Origin: Polyangia bacterium
GTDB taxonomy: Bacteria > Myxococcota_A > Polyangia > Fen-1088
Assembly (NCBI GenBank): GCA_035939455.1
Contig: DASZFV010000330.1
Coordinates: 1 to 41,154 of the forward strand
DNA length: 41,154 nucleotides
Reading direction: 5' to 3'
Position 1 is the stretch's first letter. Each line of letters begins with the position of its first letter. A program made the position numbers and the translations under genes. Under the pieces are notes generated by a model. It did no database searches and was not told where the DNA came from. It saw nothing but the letters and a program-made list of their open reading frames with translations. This document shows, one piece after another, positions 25,831 through 35,174 of this stretch.

Positions 25831-27213
25831 TTGGCCGTCGACGTCGCTGAGCTGCTGAGCCGGGAGTTGGGCGGAGACCGCGTCTTGCGGGCGCCCGAGG
25901 CCCTCGAGCCCTACGGGCGCGACGAGTCCGGGCGCGGCGTCTTCCCGCCCGACGCGGCCGTGCTGTGCGAGTCGCGCGCGGAGATCGAGCTCGTGCTGCG
26001 CCTCGCGTCCGAGCACGAGATTCCGGTCACGCCGCGCGGCACGGGCACGGGCATGACGGGCGGCGCGCTGCCGGTGCGCGGCGGCCTCGTGCTCTCGACC
26101 GAGCGCATGAAGAAGATCGTCGACATCAGCATCGACGACCGCATCGCCATCGTCGAGCCGGGCGTCATCAACGCCGACCTGCAAGCGGCCGTCGAGGCCC
26201 AGAGCATGTTCTACGCGCCCGATCCCGCGAGCCTCGCCATGTGCTCGATGGGAGGCAACGTCGCCGAGAACGCGGGCGGCCCGCGCGCCTTCAAGTACGG
26301 AGTCACGCGCGACTGGACGCTGGGCCTCGTCGTGACGCTCATGGGCGGCGAGACGCTGCGCCTCGGCCGCAAGACGCCCAAGGGCGTGACGGGCTACGAT
26401 CTCACGGCGCTGTTCGTCGGCAGCGAGGGCACGTTCGGCGTGACCTCGGAGATCACCGTCAAGCTCGTCGGGCGGCCCGAAGGCGTGGGCACGCTCGTCG
26501 CCATCATGCCCGACGCCGCTTCGGCGGGGCGCGCCGTGAGCGCCGTCGTTCGCAAGGGGTACCGGCCGCGCGCGCTCGAGCTCATGGATCGCGCCACGAT
26601 CGATCAGGTGCGGCCGAAGGCGGCGTTCACGTTCCCGGCGAACGCGGGCTCGCTCGTGCTCATCGAGCTCGACGGCGAGCCCGAGGGCATGGAGGCGAGC
26701 CTCCTGCGCTGCGGCGGAGTGTGTGAGGAGCTCGGCGCCACCGACGTCATCATCGCGCGCGACGACGCCGACCGGGAGCGTCTCTGGAGCGCGCGTCGCA
26801 GCTGCTCGCGCGCGCTGCGCGAGGCGCACGCCTTCAAGCTCTCGGAGGACATCGTCGTGCCGCCGGGATCGATCGCCGAGATGCTCGCGCGCGTCGATGG
26901 CATCGCCGCCAAGGAGCGCCTCATGACGGCGACGTTCGGACACGCGGGCGACGGCAACCTGCACATTAACGTCCTCACCGACGAGAACCACCGCGACGCC
27001 GCCGTCGCGGCGCGCATCGACGCCGCGCTCGGCGGCGTGTTCCGCGCGGCCCTCGACCTCGGCGGCACGCTCTCGGGCGAGCACGGCATCGGCATCTCGA
27101 AGGCGCGCTACATGGCTTGGGAGCAGTCGGCCGAGGTCATCGGCTGGCAGAGGCGCTTGAAGCGCCTCTGGGATCCGCAAGAGCTGCTGAATCCGGGCAA
27201 GATCTTCGCCTGA
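25831..27213 (+). CDS. FAD-linked oxidase (GlcD / D-lactate dehydrogenase-like)
   Basis: Track ORF 25813..27213. The TTG at 25813 lies inside the terminator T-tract, so I prefer TTG 25831 (TTG 25867 and 25885 are also possible). Motifs: PVTPRGTGTGMTGGALP (FAD-binding PCMH domain), VEPGVINADLQ, GGNVAENAGG, GYDLTALFVGSEGTFGV, GTLSGEHGIG. Confidence 0.85.
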   Translation: MAVDVAELLSRELGGDRVLRAPEALEPYGRDESGRGVFPPDAAVLCESRAEIELVLRLASEHEIPVTPRGTGTGMTGGALPVRGGLVLSTERMKKIVDISIDDRIAIVEPGVINADLQAAVEAQSMFYAPDPASLAMCSMGGNVAENAGGPRAFKYGVTRDWTLGLVVTLMGGETLRLGRKTPKGVTGYDLTALFVGSEGTFGVTSEITVKLVGRPEGVGTLVAIMPDAASAGRAVSAVVRKGYRPRALELMDRATIDQVRPKAAFTFPANAGSLVLIELDGEPEGMEASLLRCGGVCEELGATDVIIARDDADRERLWSARRSCSRALREAHAFKLSEDIVVPPGSIAEMLARVDGIAAKERLMTATFGHAGDGNLHINVLTDENHRDAAVAARIDAALGGVFRAALDLGGTLSGEHGIGISKARYMAWEQSAEVIGWQRRLKRLWDPQELLNPGKIFA

Positions 27214-27227
27214 GCCGGGGCGCGCGC

Positions 27228-27587
27228 TCACCTCACGTCGACGCCGTCCTCGGCCTTGAGGCGCTCGATCTTCGACTGGCACTGCGACAGGATGTTCGAG
27301 CGCATCTCGGGCGAGGAGTCGTGCTTGGACTCGTCGACGATCGCCTCATATGACTTGCACGGGAGCCCCGCGGGATCCTTCTGGCAAAGGTAGCTGTGCA
27401 CGCGCTCGCACGGGTTTCGCTTGCCGTCGATCATCGCCATGATGAGCGCCGTCAGCCCCGCGAGCGCCGCGCCCAGGAGGATCGCCTTGAAGAGGCGATA
27501 CCGCCGACGGTGCTTGTAGATGTCGACGCCATCGGCGTCGCGTCGCGCTTTCGCGAGCTCCTCGTCCAGGTCTTCGAGCGTCTCCAC
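27228..27587 (-). CDS. Small membrane-anchored hypothetical protein
   Basis: 119 aa with a GTG start. A charged N-terminus is followed by one TM segment (AILLGAALAGLTALIMAMI). The C-terminal part has 4 Cys. It is convergent with the FAD oxidase gene and divergent from nth with a 27-nt gap. No family was recognised. Confidence 0.5.
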   Translation of the reverse strand: METLEDLDEELAKARRDADGVDIYKHRRRYRLFKAILLGAALAGLTALIMAMIDGKRNPCERVHSYLCQKDPAGLPCKSYEAIVDESKHDSSPEMRSNILSQCQSKIERLKAEDGVDVR

Positions 27588-27614
27588 GCGGGCTCGATGC
27601 TATAACGCCCGTCG

Positions 27615-28334
27615 ATGTCGGTCCAAACAAAGGCGAAGCTCGTCAGGGCGAGGCTCGTCACGAAGGCGACGCGGCGGCCGCGCCGCGGGCCGTGGCCGCC
27701 CGATCCGGCGCGCGTGCGCTCGATCCTCGAGGGCCTCGAGGAGCTCTACCCCGACGTCGACTGCGAGCTCGATCGGGAGACGCCCTTTCAGCTCGTGTGT
27801 GCGACGATCCTCTCGGCCCAGTGCACCGACGACCGCGTCAACCTGGTCACGCCCGCGCTGTTCAGGAAATACCCGACGCCGGACGCCATGGCGAAGGCGC
27901 CGCTGCCCAGGCTCGAGGCGCTCATCCGCACGACGGGCTTCTTCCGCCAGAAGGCCAAGAGCCTCAGGGGCGCGGCCACGATGATCATGAGAGAGTACGG
28001 CGGCGAGGTGCCGCGGACCCTGGCCGAGCTCGTCGTGCTGCCCGGCGTCGCGCGCAAGACGGCCAGCGTCGTGCTCGGGACCGCCTACGGGCTCGCCGAG
28101 GGTGTCGTCGTCGACACGCACGTCCAGCGCCTGGCCATGCGCCTCGGCCTAACCCGCTCGCCCGACGTGAAGAAGATCGAGCACGACCTCATGAAGGTGA
28201 TCCCGCGGGAGAGCTGGATCCGTTTCTCGCACCAGATCATTTGGCACGGCCGGCGCGTCTGCTTCGCCCGGAAGCCCGCCTGCGAGACCTGCACCCTCGC
28301 TTCTTTCTGTCCGAGCGCCGGGCTCGAGACGTGA
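27615..28334 (+). CDS. nth: Endonuclease III (DNA-(apurinic or apyrimidinic site) lyase)
   Basis: HhH-GPD core: FQLVCATILSAQCTDDRVN, LPGVARKTASVVLG, VVDTHVQRL. C-terminal [4Fe-4S] motif: CFARKPACETCTLASFC (C-x6-C-x2-C-x5-C). Confidence 0.93.
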   Translation: MSVQTKAKLVRARLVTKATRRPRRGPWPPDPARVRSILEGLEELYPDVDCELDRETPFQLVCATILSAQCTDDRVNLVTPALFRKYPTPDAMAKAPLPRLEALIRTTGFFRQKAKSLRGAATMIMREYGGEVPRTLAELVVLPGVARKTASVVLGTAYGLAEGVVVDTHVQRLAMRLGLTRSPDVKKIEHDLMKVIPRESWIRFSHQIIWHGRRVCFARKPACETCTLASFCPSAGLET

Positions 28335-28346
28335 TTCGATGAGGCG

Positions 28347-28418
28347 ATGCGGCGAGCCGGACCGGCTCTGACTCTCCTTTCGCTGCTCCTCGGATGCGGC
28401 TCTGGCGTCCGCGGGTGA
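28347..28418 (+). other. 23-codon mini-ORF encoding only a lipoprotein-type signal peptide (possible gene remnant)
   Basis: ATG CGG CGA ... reads MRRAGPALTLLSLLLGCGSGVRG followed by a stop, i.e. a basic n-region, a hydrophobic core and an LLLGC lipobox. It lies between nth and the convergent kamA-like gene. It is too short for the track. Confidence 0.25.
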
Positions 28419-28443
28419 ACGGCCTGCGCCGGACAGCCTCGGT

Positions 28444-29616
28444 CTACGTCGACCCGAAGTAGACCTCGTCGTAGGCGCAGGTCGCGTCCTTGTCGGCGGG
28501 CTGGGGGTAGTCGACGAGCTTGCCCTCGTAGTTGCGCAGGGTCCACTTGTCGGGGCCGCGCGAGACGACGTAGTCGGGCCCAATGCTGACCTTGCCCATG
28601 CCGCCGGGCGTGTCGATCACGAGGTGCGGGATCGCGAGGCCCGAGATGTGCCCGCGCAGCTGCTGCATGAGCTCGACGCCCGTCTCGACCGACGTCCGCA
28701 GGTGCGACGTCCCAGCGGCGACGTCGCCCTGGAAGAGGTAGTACGGCCGCACGCGGCAGCGCAGCAGCTCCGTGAAGAGCTTGCGCAGCACCTTCACCGA
28801 GGAGTTCACGCCGCGCAGGAGCACGGTCTGGTTGCCGACGGGGATGCCGGCGTCGGCGAGCTTTTCGCACGCGGCGCGCGCGAGCGGCGTGAGCTCCTTG
28901 GGGTGGTTGAAGTGCGTGTTGACGAAGAGCGGGTGGTACCTCTTGAGCATTGCGCAGAGCTCGTCGGTGACGCGCATGGGCAGCACGACGGGCACGCGCG
29001 TGCCGATGCGAATGATCTCGACGTGCGGAATGGCGCGCAGGGCCTTGATGATCTCCTCGAGGCGCGACGTCGACAGCGTGAGCGGGTCGCCACCCGAGAT
29101 GAGGACGTCGCGGATGGCGGGCGTGCGTGCGATGTAGTCGAGCGCCTGCCGCAGATCCTCGCGCGAGATGGGCGCCTCGCCCTGCCCCACGAGCCGCCGG
29201 CGGTTGCAGTGCCGGCAATAGATCGCGCAGCGGTCGAGCGCGAGCAAGAGACAGCGGTCGGGATAGCGGTGGAAGATCCCGGTCGCCGGCGAATGGCTGT
29301 CCTCGCCCAGAGGATCGACGAGGTCACCGGGCTCGTTCACGAGCTCCCGGCCGCGCGGGATGACCTGCATGCGCACCGGGCAGTCGGGGCGCGCGGCGTC
29401 GATGAGCGAAAAATAGTAAGGCGTCACGGCGACGCGAAAGTGGCCCGGCGCCGCGTCGAGGCCCGCCGTCTCTTCCGGCGTGAGTGGGAGGCGCGCCGCG
29501 ATGTCCGCCTTGGTCGTGATGCGGTTGCGGAGTTGCCACCCCCAGTCGTCGGCGTCCGGCAGCACGGGCAGAGGGCGAAGCGGCGGTGAAAGGGAGACCG
29601 GTCCGGCGATTGTCAT
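28444..29616 (-). CDS. KamA-family radical SAM enzyme (lysine 2,3-aminomutase-like)
   Basis: Track ORF 28444..29808. The start is set at the ATG comp. 29614-29616 (MTIAGPV...). Motifs: WGWQLRNRITT, VTPYYFSLID, CPVRMQVIP, radical-SAM CAIYCRHCNRR (CxxxCxxC), ISGGDPL, YYLFQGD. About 390 aa. Confidence 0.9.
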   Translation of the reverse strand: MTIAGPVSLSPPLRPLPVLPDADDWGWQLRNRITTKADIAARLPLTPEETAGLDAAPGHFRVAVTPYYFSLIDAARPDCPVRMQVIPRGRELVNEPGDLVDPLGEDSHSPATGIFHRYPDRCLLLALDRCAIYCRHCNRRRLVGQGEAPISREDLRQALDYIARTPAIRDVLISGGDPLTLSTSRLEEIIKALRAIPHVEIIRIGTRVPVVLPMRVTDELCAMLKRYHPLFVNTHFNHPKELTPLARAACEKLADAGIPVGNQTVLLRGVNSSVKVLRKLFTELLRCRVRPYYLFQGDVAAGTSHLRTSVETGVELMQQLRGHISGLAIPHLVIDTPGGMGKVSIGPDYVVSRGPDKWTLRNYEGKLVDYPQPADKDATCAYDEVYFGST

Positions 29617-29638
29617 GGCGTTTCCGCCCCATCCTGGC

Positions 29639-30199
29639 TCAGTCAGTCGCGTCGTCCAAGCCCATCGCGTCCGCATCGTCAGTCGCGCCGTGGGCGCGCG
29701 CCGCTCCGTCCTGACCCGCCGCGCCATCCGTCTCGGAGGCGCCGTCGCCGTCGGGCGCGTCGCGGGTCGAGCTCCCGTCCGTCGCACCGTCGGCGCCGCC
29801 GTCTCCAACGTCGGGCGGCAGCTCGGCGGTCAACATGACGCTGATGCTCGTCTGACCGCCGATCTGGATGTGCTGCTGCATGGTGGTGCCGAAGCCGATC
29901 GGTGAGCCGCTGGCGTCGAGGGCGTCGATCGAGAGCGTGATGGGGCCCATGTGCGAGCGATCGAGCGCGATCGTGAAGCTGGCCGGGAGACTGATCGGCT
30001 CGGGCGTCGGCATGGGGGGCACACGGAAATTTCGCGCGTCGAGCCCCGCCGTGACCGTCACGCTGAATTGAGACACCATCAGATCGGCCGACCCCGCCAC
30101 CTCGACGAGCAAGATCGAGTCGGACAGCTTGCAGCCGCCCCACGCGAGCAGGAGGCCCACGAGGCCGACCAGACCGGAACGCGTCACCGGGCGGGTCAT
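29639..30199 (-). CDS. Putative lipoprotein with an acidic Asp/Gly/Ala-rich C-terminal tail (hypothetical)
   Basis: Track ORF 29639..30319. ATG at comp. 30197-30199 gives MTRPVTRSGLVGLVGLLLAWGGC (lipobox). It starts 2 nt after the upstream gene's stop codon. The tail reads DVGDGGADGATDGSS...DDADAMGLDDATD. Confidence 0.65.
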   Translation of the reverse strand: MTRPVTRSGLVGLVGLLLAWGGCKLSDSILLVEVAGSADLMVSQFSVTVTAGLDARNFRVPPMPTPEPISLPASFTIALDRSHMGPITLSIDALDASGSPIGFGTTMQQHIQIGGQTSISVMLTAELPPDVGDGGADGATDGSSTRDAPDGDGASETDGAAGQDGAARAHGATDDADAMGLDDATD

Positions 30200-30201
30200 G
30201 C

Positions 30202-30903
30202 TCAGAACCGGTAGTTCCCGAGGGTCACGGGGGGCAGGGCCTCGTCCTTGGGCCGCAGGAACAGATAGCCCGCGACGCCGCCGCCCACGGCGACGATCGC
30301 GAGCGTCGTCCAGAGCCACCAGCGCGAGCCGCCCTTCGCCTCCGAGGTCGGCGGTTCGCCCGGCGTCGAGCGCGGCGCCTCGACGAGCGACTTCGCGTCA
30401 CCTCCGGCCGACGGCGGCGGCGGCAAGAAAGGCATGGGGCCCACGGCCTCGCTCGGCGCGGGCGCGCGCGGCGGCGGAGCGGCCGGAGCCGGCGGCGGCT
30501 GGGACGAAGGCGAAGGCGGCGCGGGCGCGGGGACACGCGCGACCGGCGGAGGCGGACGTCGCGGCGGGAGCGCGGAGGCCGCGTCGAGAGCCGCGATGCG
30601 CGCCTCGATCTCGGCGCGGTTGGGCGCCGCCGGAAAGCCCGCGAGGAAGCCGCGATAGTCGTCTGCCGCCTTGGCGCTCTCGCCGAGGCGGCGGTAGCAC
30701 TCGGCCCGGTTGAAGAGCACGATCGGATCGTGAAGCTTCTGGTAGGCGGCGGTGTACTCCCTGACGGCGGCGGCGCACTTGCCCTCTTCCGCCAGCTCGT
30801 TGGCCTTCTTGAGGTGATGGCGAGCGTCGGCCGTGTGCTCGCGCGCGACGGCGGTCCCACCGGCGAGCAAGCAAGCGAGCACGATCCCGGCCGGGAGCCT
30901 CAT
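30202..30903 (-). CDS. Secreted/membrane-anchored protein: signal peptide, TPR-like helical pair, Pro-rich linker, C-terminal TM
   Basis: The ATG has an AGGGAGA RBS. Signal peptide: MRLPAGIVLACLLAGGTAVA. TPR-like segment: AAAVREYTAAYQKLHDPIVLFNRAECYRRLGESAKAADDYRGFL. A long P/A-rich stretch follows, then a TM (WWLWTTLAIVAVGGGVAGYLF), ending in ...GNYRF. Confidence 0.7.
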   Translation of the reverse strand: MRLPAGIVLACLLAGGTAVAREHTADARHHLKKANELAEEGKCAAAVREYTAAYQKLHDPIVLFNRAECYRRLGESAKAADDYRGFLAGFPAAPNRAEIEARIAALDAASALPPRRPPPPVARVPAPAPPSPSSQPPPAPAAPPPRAPAPSEAVGPMPFLPPPPSAGGDAKSLVEAPRSTPGEPPTSEAKGGSRWWLWTTLAIVAVGGGVAGYLFLRPKDEALPPVTLGNYRF

Positions 30904-30953
30904 CGTCTCCCTAGTCTCGCGTCGGCGGCGCGCCGGCGCAACTTAAGGCGTGA

Positions 30954-31334
30954 TCAGCGAACGGGCGCCGATCGACCCAGACGCTCGACGTAGCCGGAGA
31001 GCGCCTGGATCTTCGGCAAGCTCAGGCTCGCGCCGAAGGCCGGCATTTGGCCCTTGCCCGCCATGATCGTGCGCGCGAGATCGTCGGTTTGCGCCTTCGC
31101 GAGGAATACGGGATCCGAGAAGTCGCGCACCGGGAGCGTCTTCTTGAGCTCGGGATCGCCGCGGCCGTCGGCGCCGTGGCAGCGCGCGCAGTTCTGCGCG
31201 TACATGACGGCCGGGTCGATGGGCACGGCCGGACCGGCGTCGTTCGAGCAACCCGCCGCCGCGACGACGCCCGCGCCGAGAAGCGCCGCCGCCCACGCGA
31301 GGCGCGCGAAGGCTCGTCGGCGCCCGCCGGCCAC
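30954..31334 (-). CDS. c-type cytochrome, probable lipoprotein
   Basis: Track ORF 30954..31439 overlaps thiC. GTG at comp. 31332-31334 gives VAGGRRRAFARLAWAAALLGAGVVAAAGC (lipobox). The haem motif is CARCH, and the distal Met candidate lies in GKGQMPAF. It starts 7 nt after the thiC stop, with a GGAG inside the thiC 3' end. Confidence 0.8.
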   Translation of the reverse strand: MAGGRRRAFARLAWAAALLGAGVVAAAGCSNDAGPAVPIDPAVMYAQNCARCHGADGRGDPELKKTLPVRDFSDPVFLAKAQTDDLARTIMAGKGQMPAFGASLSLPKIQALSGYVERLGRSAPVR

Positions 31335-31341
31335 GCTCGCG

Positions 31342-33238
<1,897 letters not shown>

Positions 33239-33252
33239 TCGAATGGACGCCT

Positions 33253-33280
33253 AACCTAGCGCGCCGACGCCGGAATGAAA
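33253..33280 (-). promoter_or_regulatory. Sigma70-like promoter candidate for the riboswitch-thiC transcript
   Basis: On the minus strand: TTTCAT (comp. 33275-33280), a 16-nt spacer, then TAGGTT (comp. 33253-33258), just upstream of the riboswitch. Weak match. Confidence 0.25.
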
Positions 33281-33297
33281 AGGCCGCAACCGGCCAG
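33276..33297 (-). terminator. Small hairpin plus U4 downstream of the rhomboid gene (possible terminator)
   Basis: The minus strand reads GGCCG-gttg-CGGCC followed by TTTTC. It starts about 10 nt after the stop at 33305-33307. The stem is only 5 bp. Confidence 0.35.
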
Positions 33298-33304
33298 CGC
33301 ACGC

Positions 33305-34039
33305 TCAATTCCAGTATTTGTGCGAACGGGTGCCCTTGGCCCGCCCGGGCACGCCGCCGTCGATGACCTTGTAGCGCTGCCGCAGCCGGCGGGCGCGAAA
33401 GGTGTCGTAGGCCTCGCGCAAGCCCCCCGGCGCCGCCAGGACGTACCCGACCGCCGTCACGACGAGCGTGCCTGCCAGAGACGCGAGATCGCGCCGCAGG
33501 AGATCGGCGACGATGGCCCAGCCCACGAAGATCATCGCGAGGTGGTGGGCCTTGAGGTAGAGCGAGCCGAGGACCTGGGTCGGGGCCGGACCGTAGATGC
33601 GCGCGAAGGCCACGAAGAGCGCCAGCACGGCGCCCGACGTACCGGCATAGACGCCGCGCGCACCGTAGACCGACGCAACCAGGCCGATGGCGACGTTGGC
33701 CAGGATGCCCGCGCCGAAGAACAACGTGAGGAACCGCCGCGTTCCCTGCGTGCGCTCGATGAAGGCACCCACGAACCAGAGCCCCACGAGGTTAAGGATG
33801 AAGCTCAGCGGGTCGAAGTGGACGAACATGGCCGTGATCGGCTGCCAGGGCTCGTGCAGCATCGACTCGCCCACGGCGAGATGCTCCAGCATCACAGGCC
33901 GGATCTCCTTCACGAAGACGTACATGAGGTAGACGGCCGTGTTCGCGATCACGAGGGCCTTGATCGCGGGCGTCATGCGGGACGCGACCGTGTCCATCCA
34001 CGGCGCGCGGCGGCCGCCGCTGCGGGGGCTTTTCGGCAT
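33305..34039 (-). CDS. Rhomboid-family intramembrane serine protease
   Basis: Track ORF 33305..34096. I prefer the ATG at comp. 34037-34039 (MPKSPRSGG...). It is a multi-TM protein with FVHFDPLSFILNLVGLW (H/N region), GTSGAV (GxSG catalytic Ser) and a later AHHLAMIFVGW region carrying His. Confidence 0.8.
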   Translation of the reverse strand: MPKSPRSGGRRAPWMDTVASRMTPAIKALVIANTAVYLMYVFVKEIRPVMLEHLAVGESMLHEPWQPITAMFVHFDPLSFILNLVGLWFVGAFIERTQGTRRFLTLFFGAGILANVAIGLVASVYGARGVYAGTSGAVLALFVAFARIYGPAPTQVLGSLYLKAHHLAMIFVGWAIVADLLRRDLASLAGTLVVTAVGYVLAAPGGLREAYDTFRARRLRQRYKVIDGGVPGRAKGTRSHKYWN

Positions 34040-34111
34040 TCGCTGAAAGTCTAGCTCATCCGGGCCGTCCCGGCACGAGTGACCGGGCACGTCCACCCCG
34101 ATCAGGACACG

Positions 34112-34537
34112 TCAGTTGACATCGAAGGGCACGTCACCAAGGTCGGTAATGCCGCAGCTCGAGACGTGGACCGTCATGGAGGACGTCTGCGAAAGAACCT
34201 GAAGGGCTCCGTTCGCGTCGGGACCGAGCAGCGTGAGGTCAACGTTATAGTCGCCGGGCGCGAGCGTGGTCGTCACCACCTGCCCGGCGTTGCAGTCCGC
34301 CTGAAACGGGGTGTTGTTCACGTTGAGGTCCACTTCCGTCGCCGCAGCCTGATCGCAGTTGAGGTGCGCTCCCGTGGCCGCCTTGTCGATGAACCAGGTC
34401 ACGCCGATCGCAGGTGGATCGCATGCGGGCGGAGGTGACCCACCGCCGCCACACCCCCCGAGCATCCCCGCCAAAGCCAGCACGCCCGCAGCGAGCCCCC
34501 AGCGCCAAGCCCCGCGATTCTTCGTCTGCTTCGTCAT
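34112..34537 (-). CDS. Putative lipoprotein (hypothetical)
   Basis: Track ORF 34112..34579. ATG at comp. 34535-34537 follows AAGGAGACCGGA. The N-terminus MTKQTKNRGAWRWGLAAGVLALAGMLGGC has a lipobox. The mature part is beta-rich with 4 Cys after the lipobox Cys. Confidence 0.65.
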   Translation of the reverse strand: MTKQTKNRGAWRWGLAAGVLALAGMLGGCGGGGSPPPACDPPAIGVTWFIDKAATGAHLNCDQAAATEVDLNVNNTPFQADCNAGQVVTTTLAPGDYNVDLTLLGPDANGALQVLSQTSSMTVHVSSCGITDLGDVPFDVN

Positions 34538-34575
34538 TCCGGTCTCCTTCGTCATAAGCCCCATCCGCCTTGACC

Positions 34576-35082
34576 TCAAGGACGCGCGCAGACGGCGGTT
34601 TTATTCAGGCCTTCGCACGCCATCGCGCAGCCCGCCTCGAACAGAAAGGCTTCCACCTCGGTCGGCTGGCCGCGCACGACGGTGCGTAAGATCGGGGCCG
34701 GTGCCTTGATGCCCGGCAGGTCGGCGCCGTCTGCGCCCACCGCCACCACGGAAATCGCATACATTTCATCGCCGTGCGTCTCGGGGATGTCGAAGGGCGT
34801 CGCACCGGTTTGACGCTGGCAGGCAAACTGGCACTGCGAGCGACCGGCGCAGGGCCGAGTGCCGTCGATGGCCCCGTTCTGGCCCACGATCTCGATGCGG
34901 ACGCTCGCGATCGGCTGAGGGGGCGCGTTCGGGTCGGCGTTGGGGTCGACCGCGCAAGAGCAGTCCGTGATCGCCCGCCCATTCGCGTGCACGACCCAGC
35001 TCACCTCGACGGAGCCGCCGTTGATCTGCACGCAGCTGCCGACGAGCAGGCCGAGGACGACGATTGGGATTGAGGCATACAT
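34576..35082 (-). CDS. Putative Cys-rich lipoprotein (hypothetical)
   Basis: 168 aa. The N-terminus MYASIPIVVLGLLVGSC has a lipobox. The mature part has 10 further Cys. It is in tandem with the next lipoprotein gene. Confidence 0.6.
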   Translation of the reverse strand: MYASIPIVVLGLLVGSCVQINGGSVEVSWVVHANGRAITDCSCAVDPNADPNAPPQPIASVRIEIVGQNGAIDGTRPCAGRSQCQFACQRQTGATPFDIPETHGDEMYAISVVAVGADGADLPGIKAPAPILRTVVRGQPTEVEAFLFEAGCAMACEGLNKTAVCARP

Positions 35083-35174
35083 GAAAGACGGAAAAGAACG
35101 AGGGTAGGAACGGAGGCCGGTCGTGTCAAACTGACGGCCCGAACTCGACGACGCGACAAGGAGGCTCCCCGCCG

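Noticed and set aside
29617-29808. A 64-codon N-terminal extension of the KamA-family ORF in the track (METAAPTVRRTGARP...).
   Set aside because: The extension overlaps the 3' end of the upstream lipoprotein gene and is Arg/Thr/Ala/Pro-rich low-complexity sequence. It also precedes the conserved KamA N-terminus, which starts right after the ATG at 29616. Similar extensions were trimmed for ORFs at 7757..8839, 29639..30319, 30954..31439, 33305..34096, 34112..34579 and 12400..17595.
30400-30560. A GC-rich, visually repetitive DNA stretch (GGCGGCGG / CGGCGGAGG runs), considered as a possible DNA repeat element.
   Set aside because: It is the coding sequence of the Pro/Ala-rich linker of the TPR/Pro-rich membrane protein on the minus strand. 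It is low-complexity coding sequence with imperfect periodicity, not a discrete repeat element.
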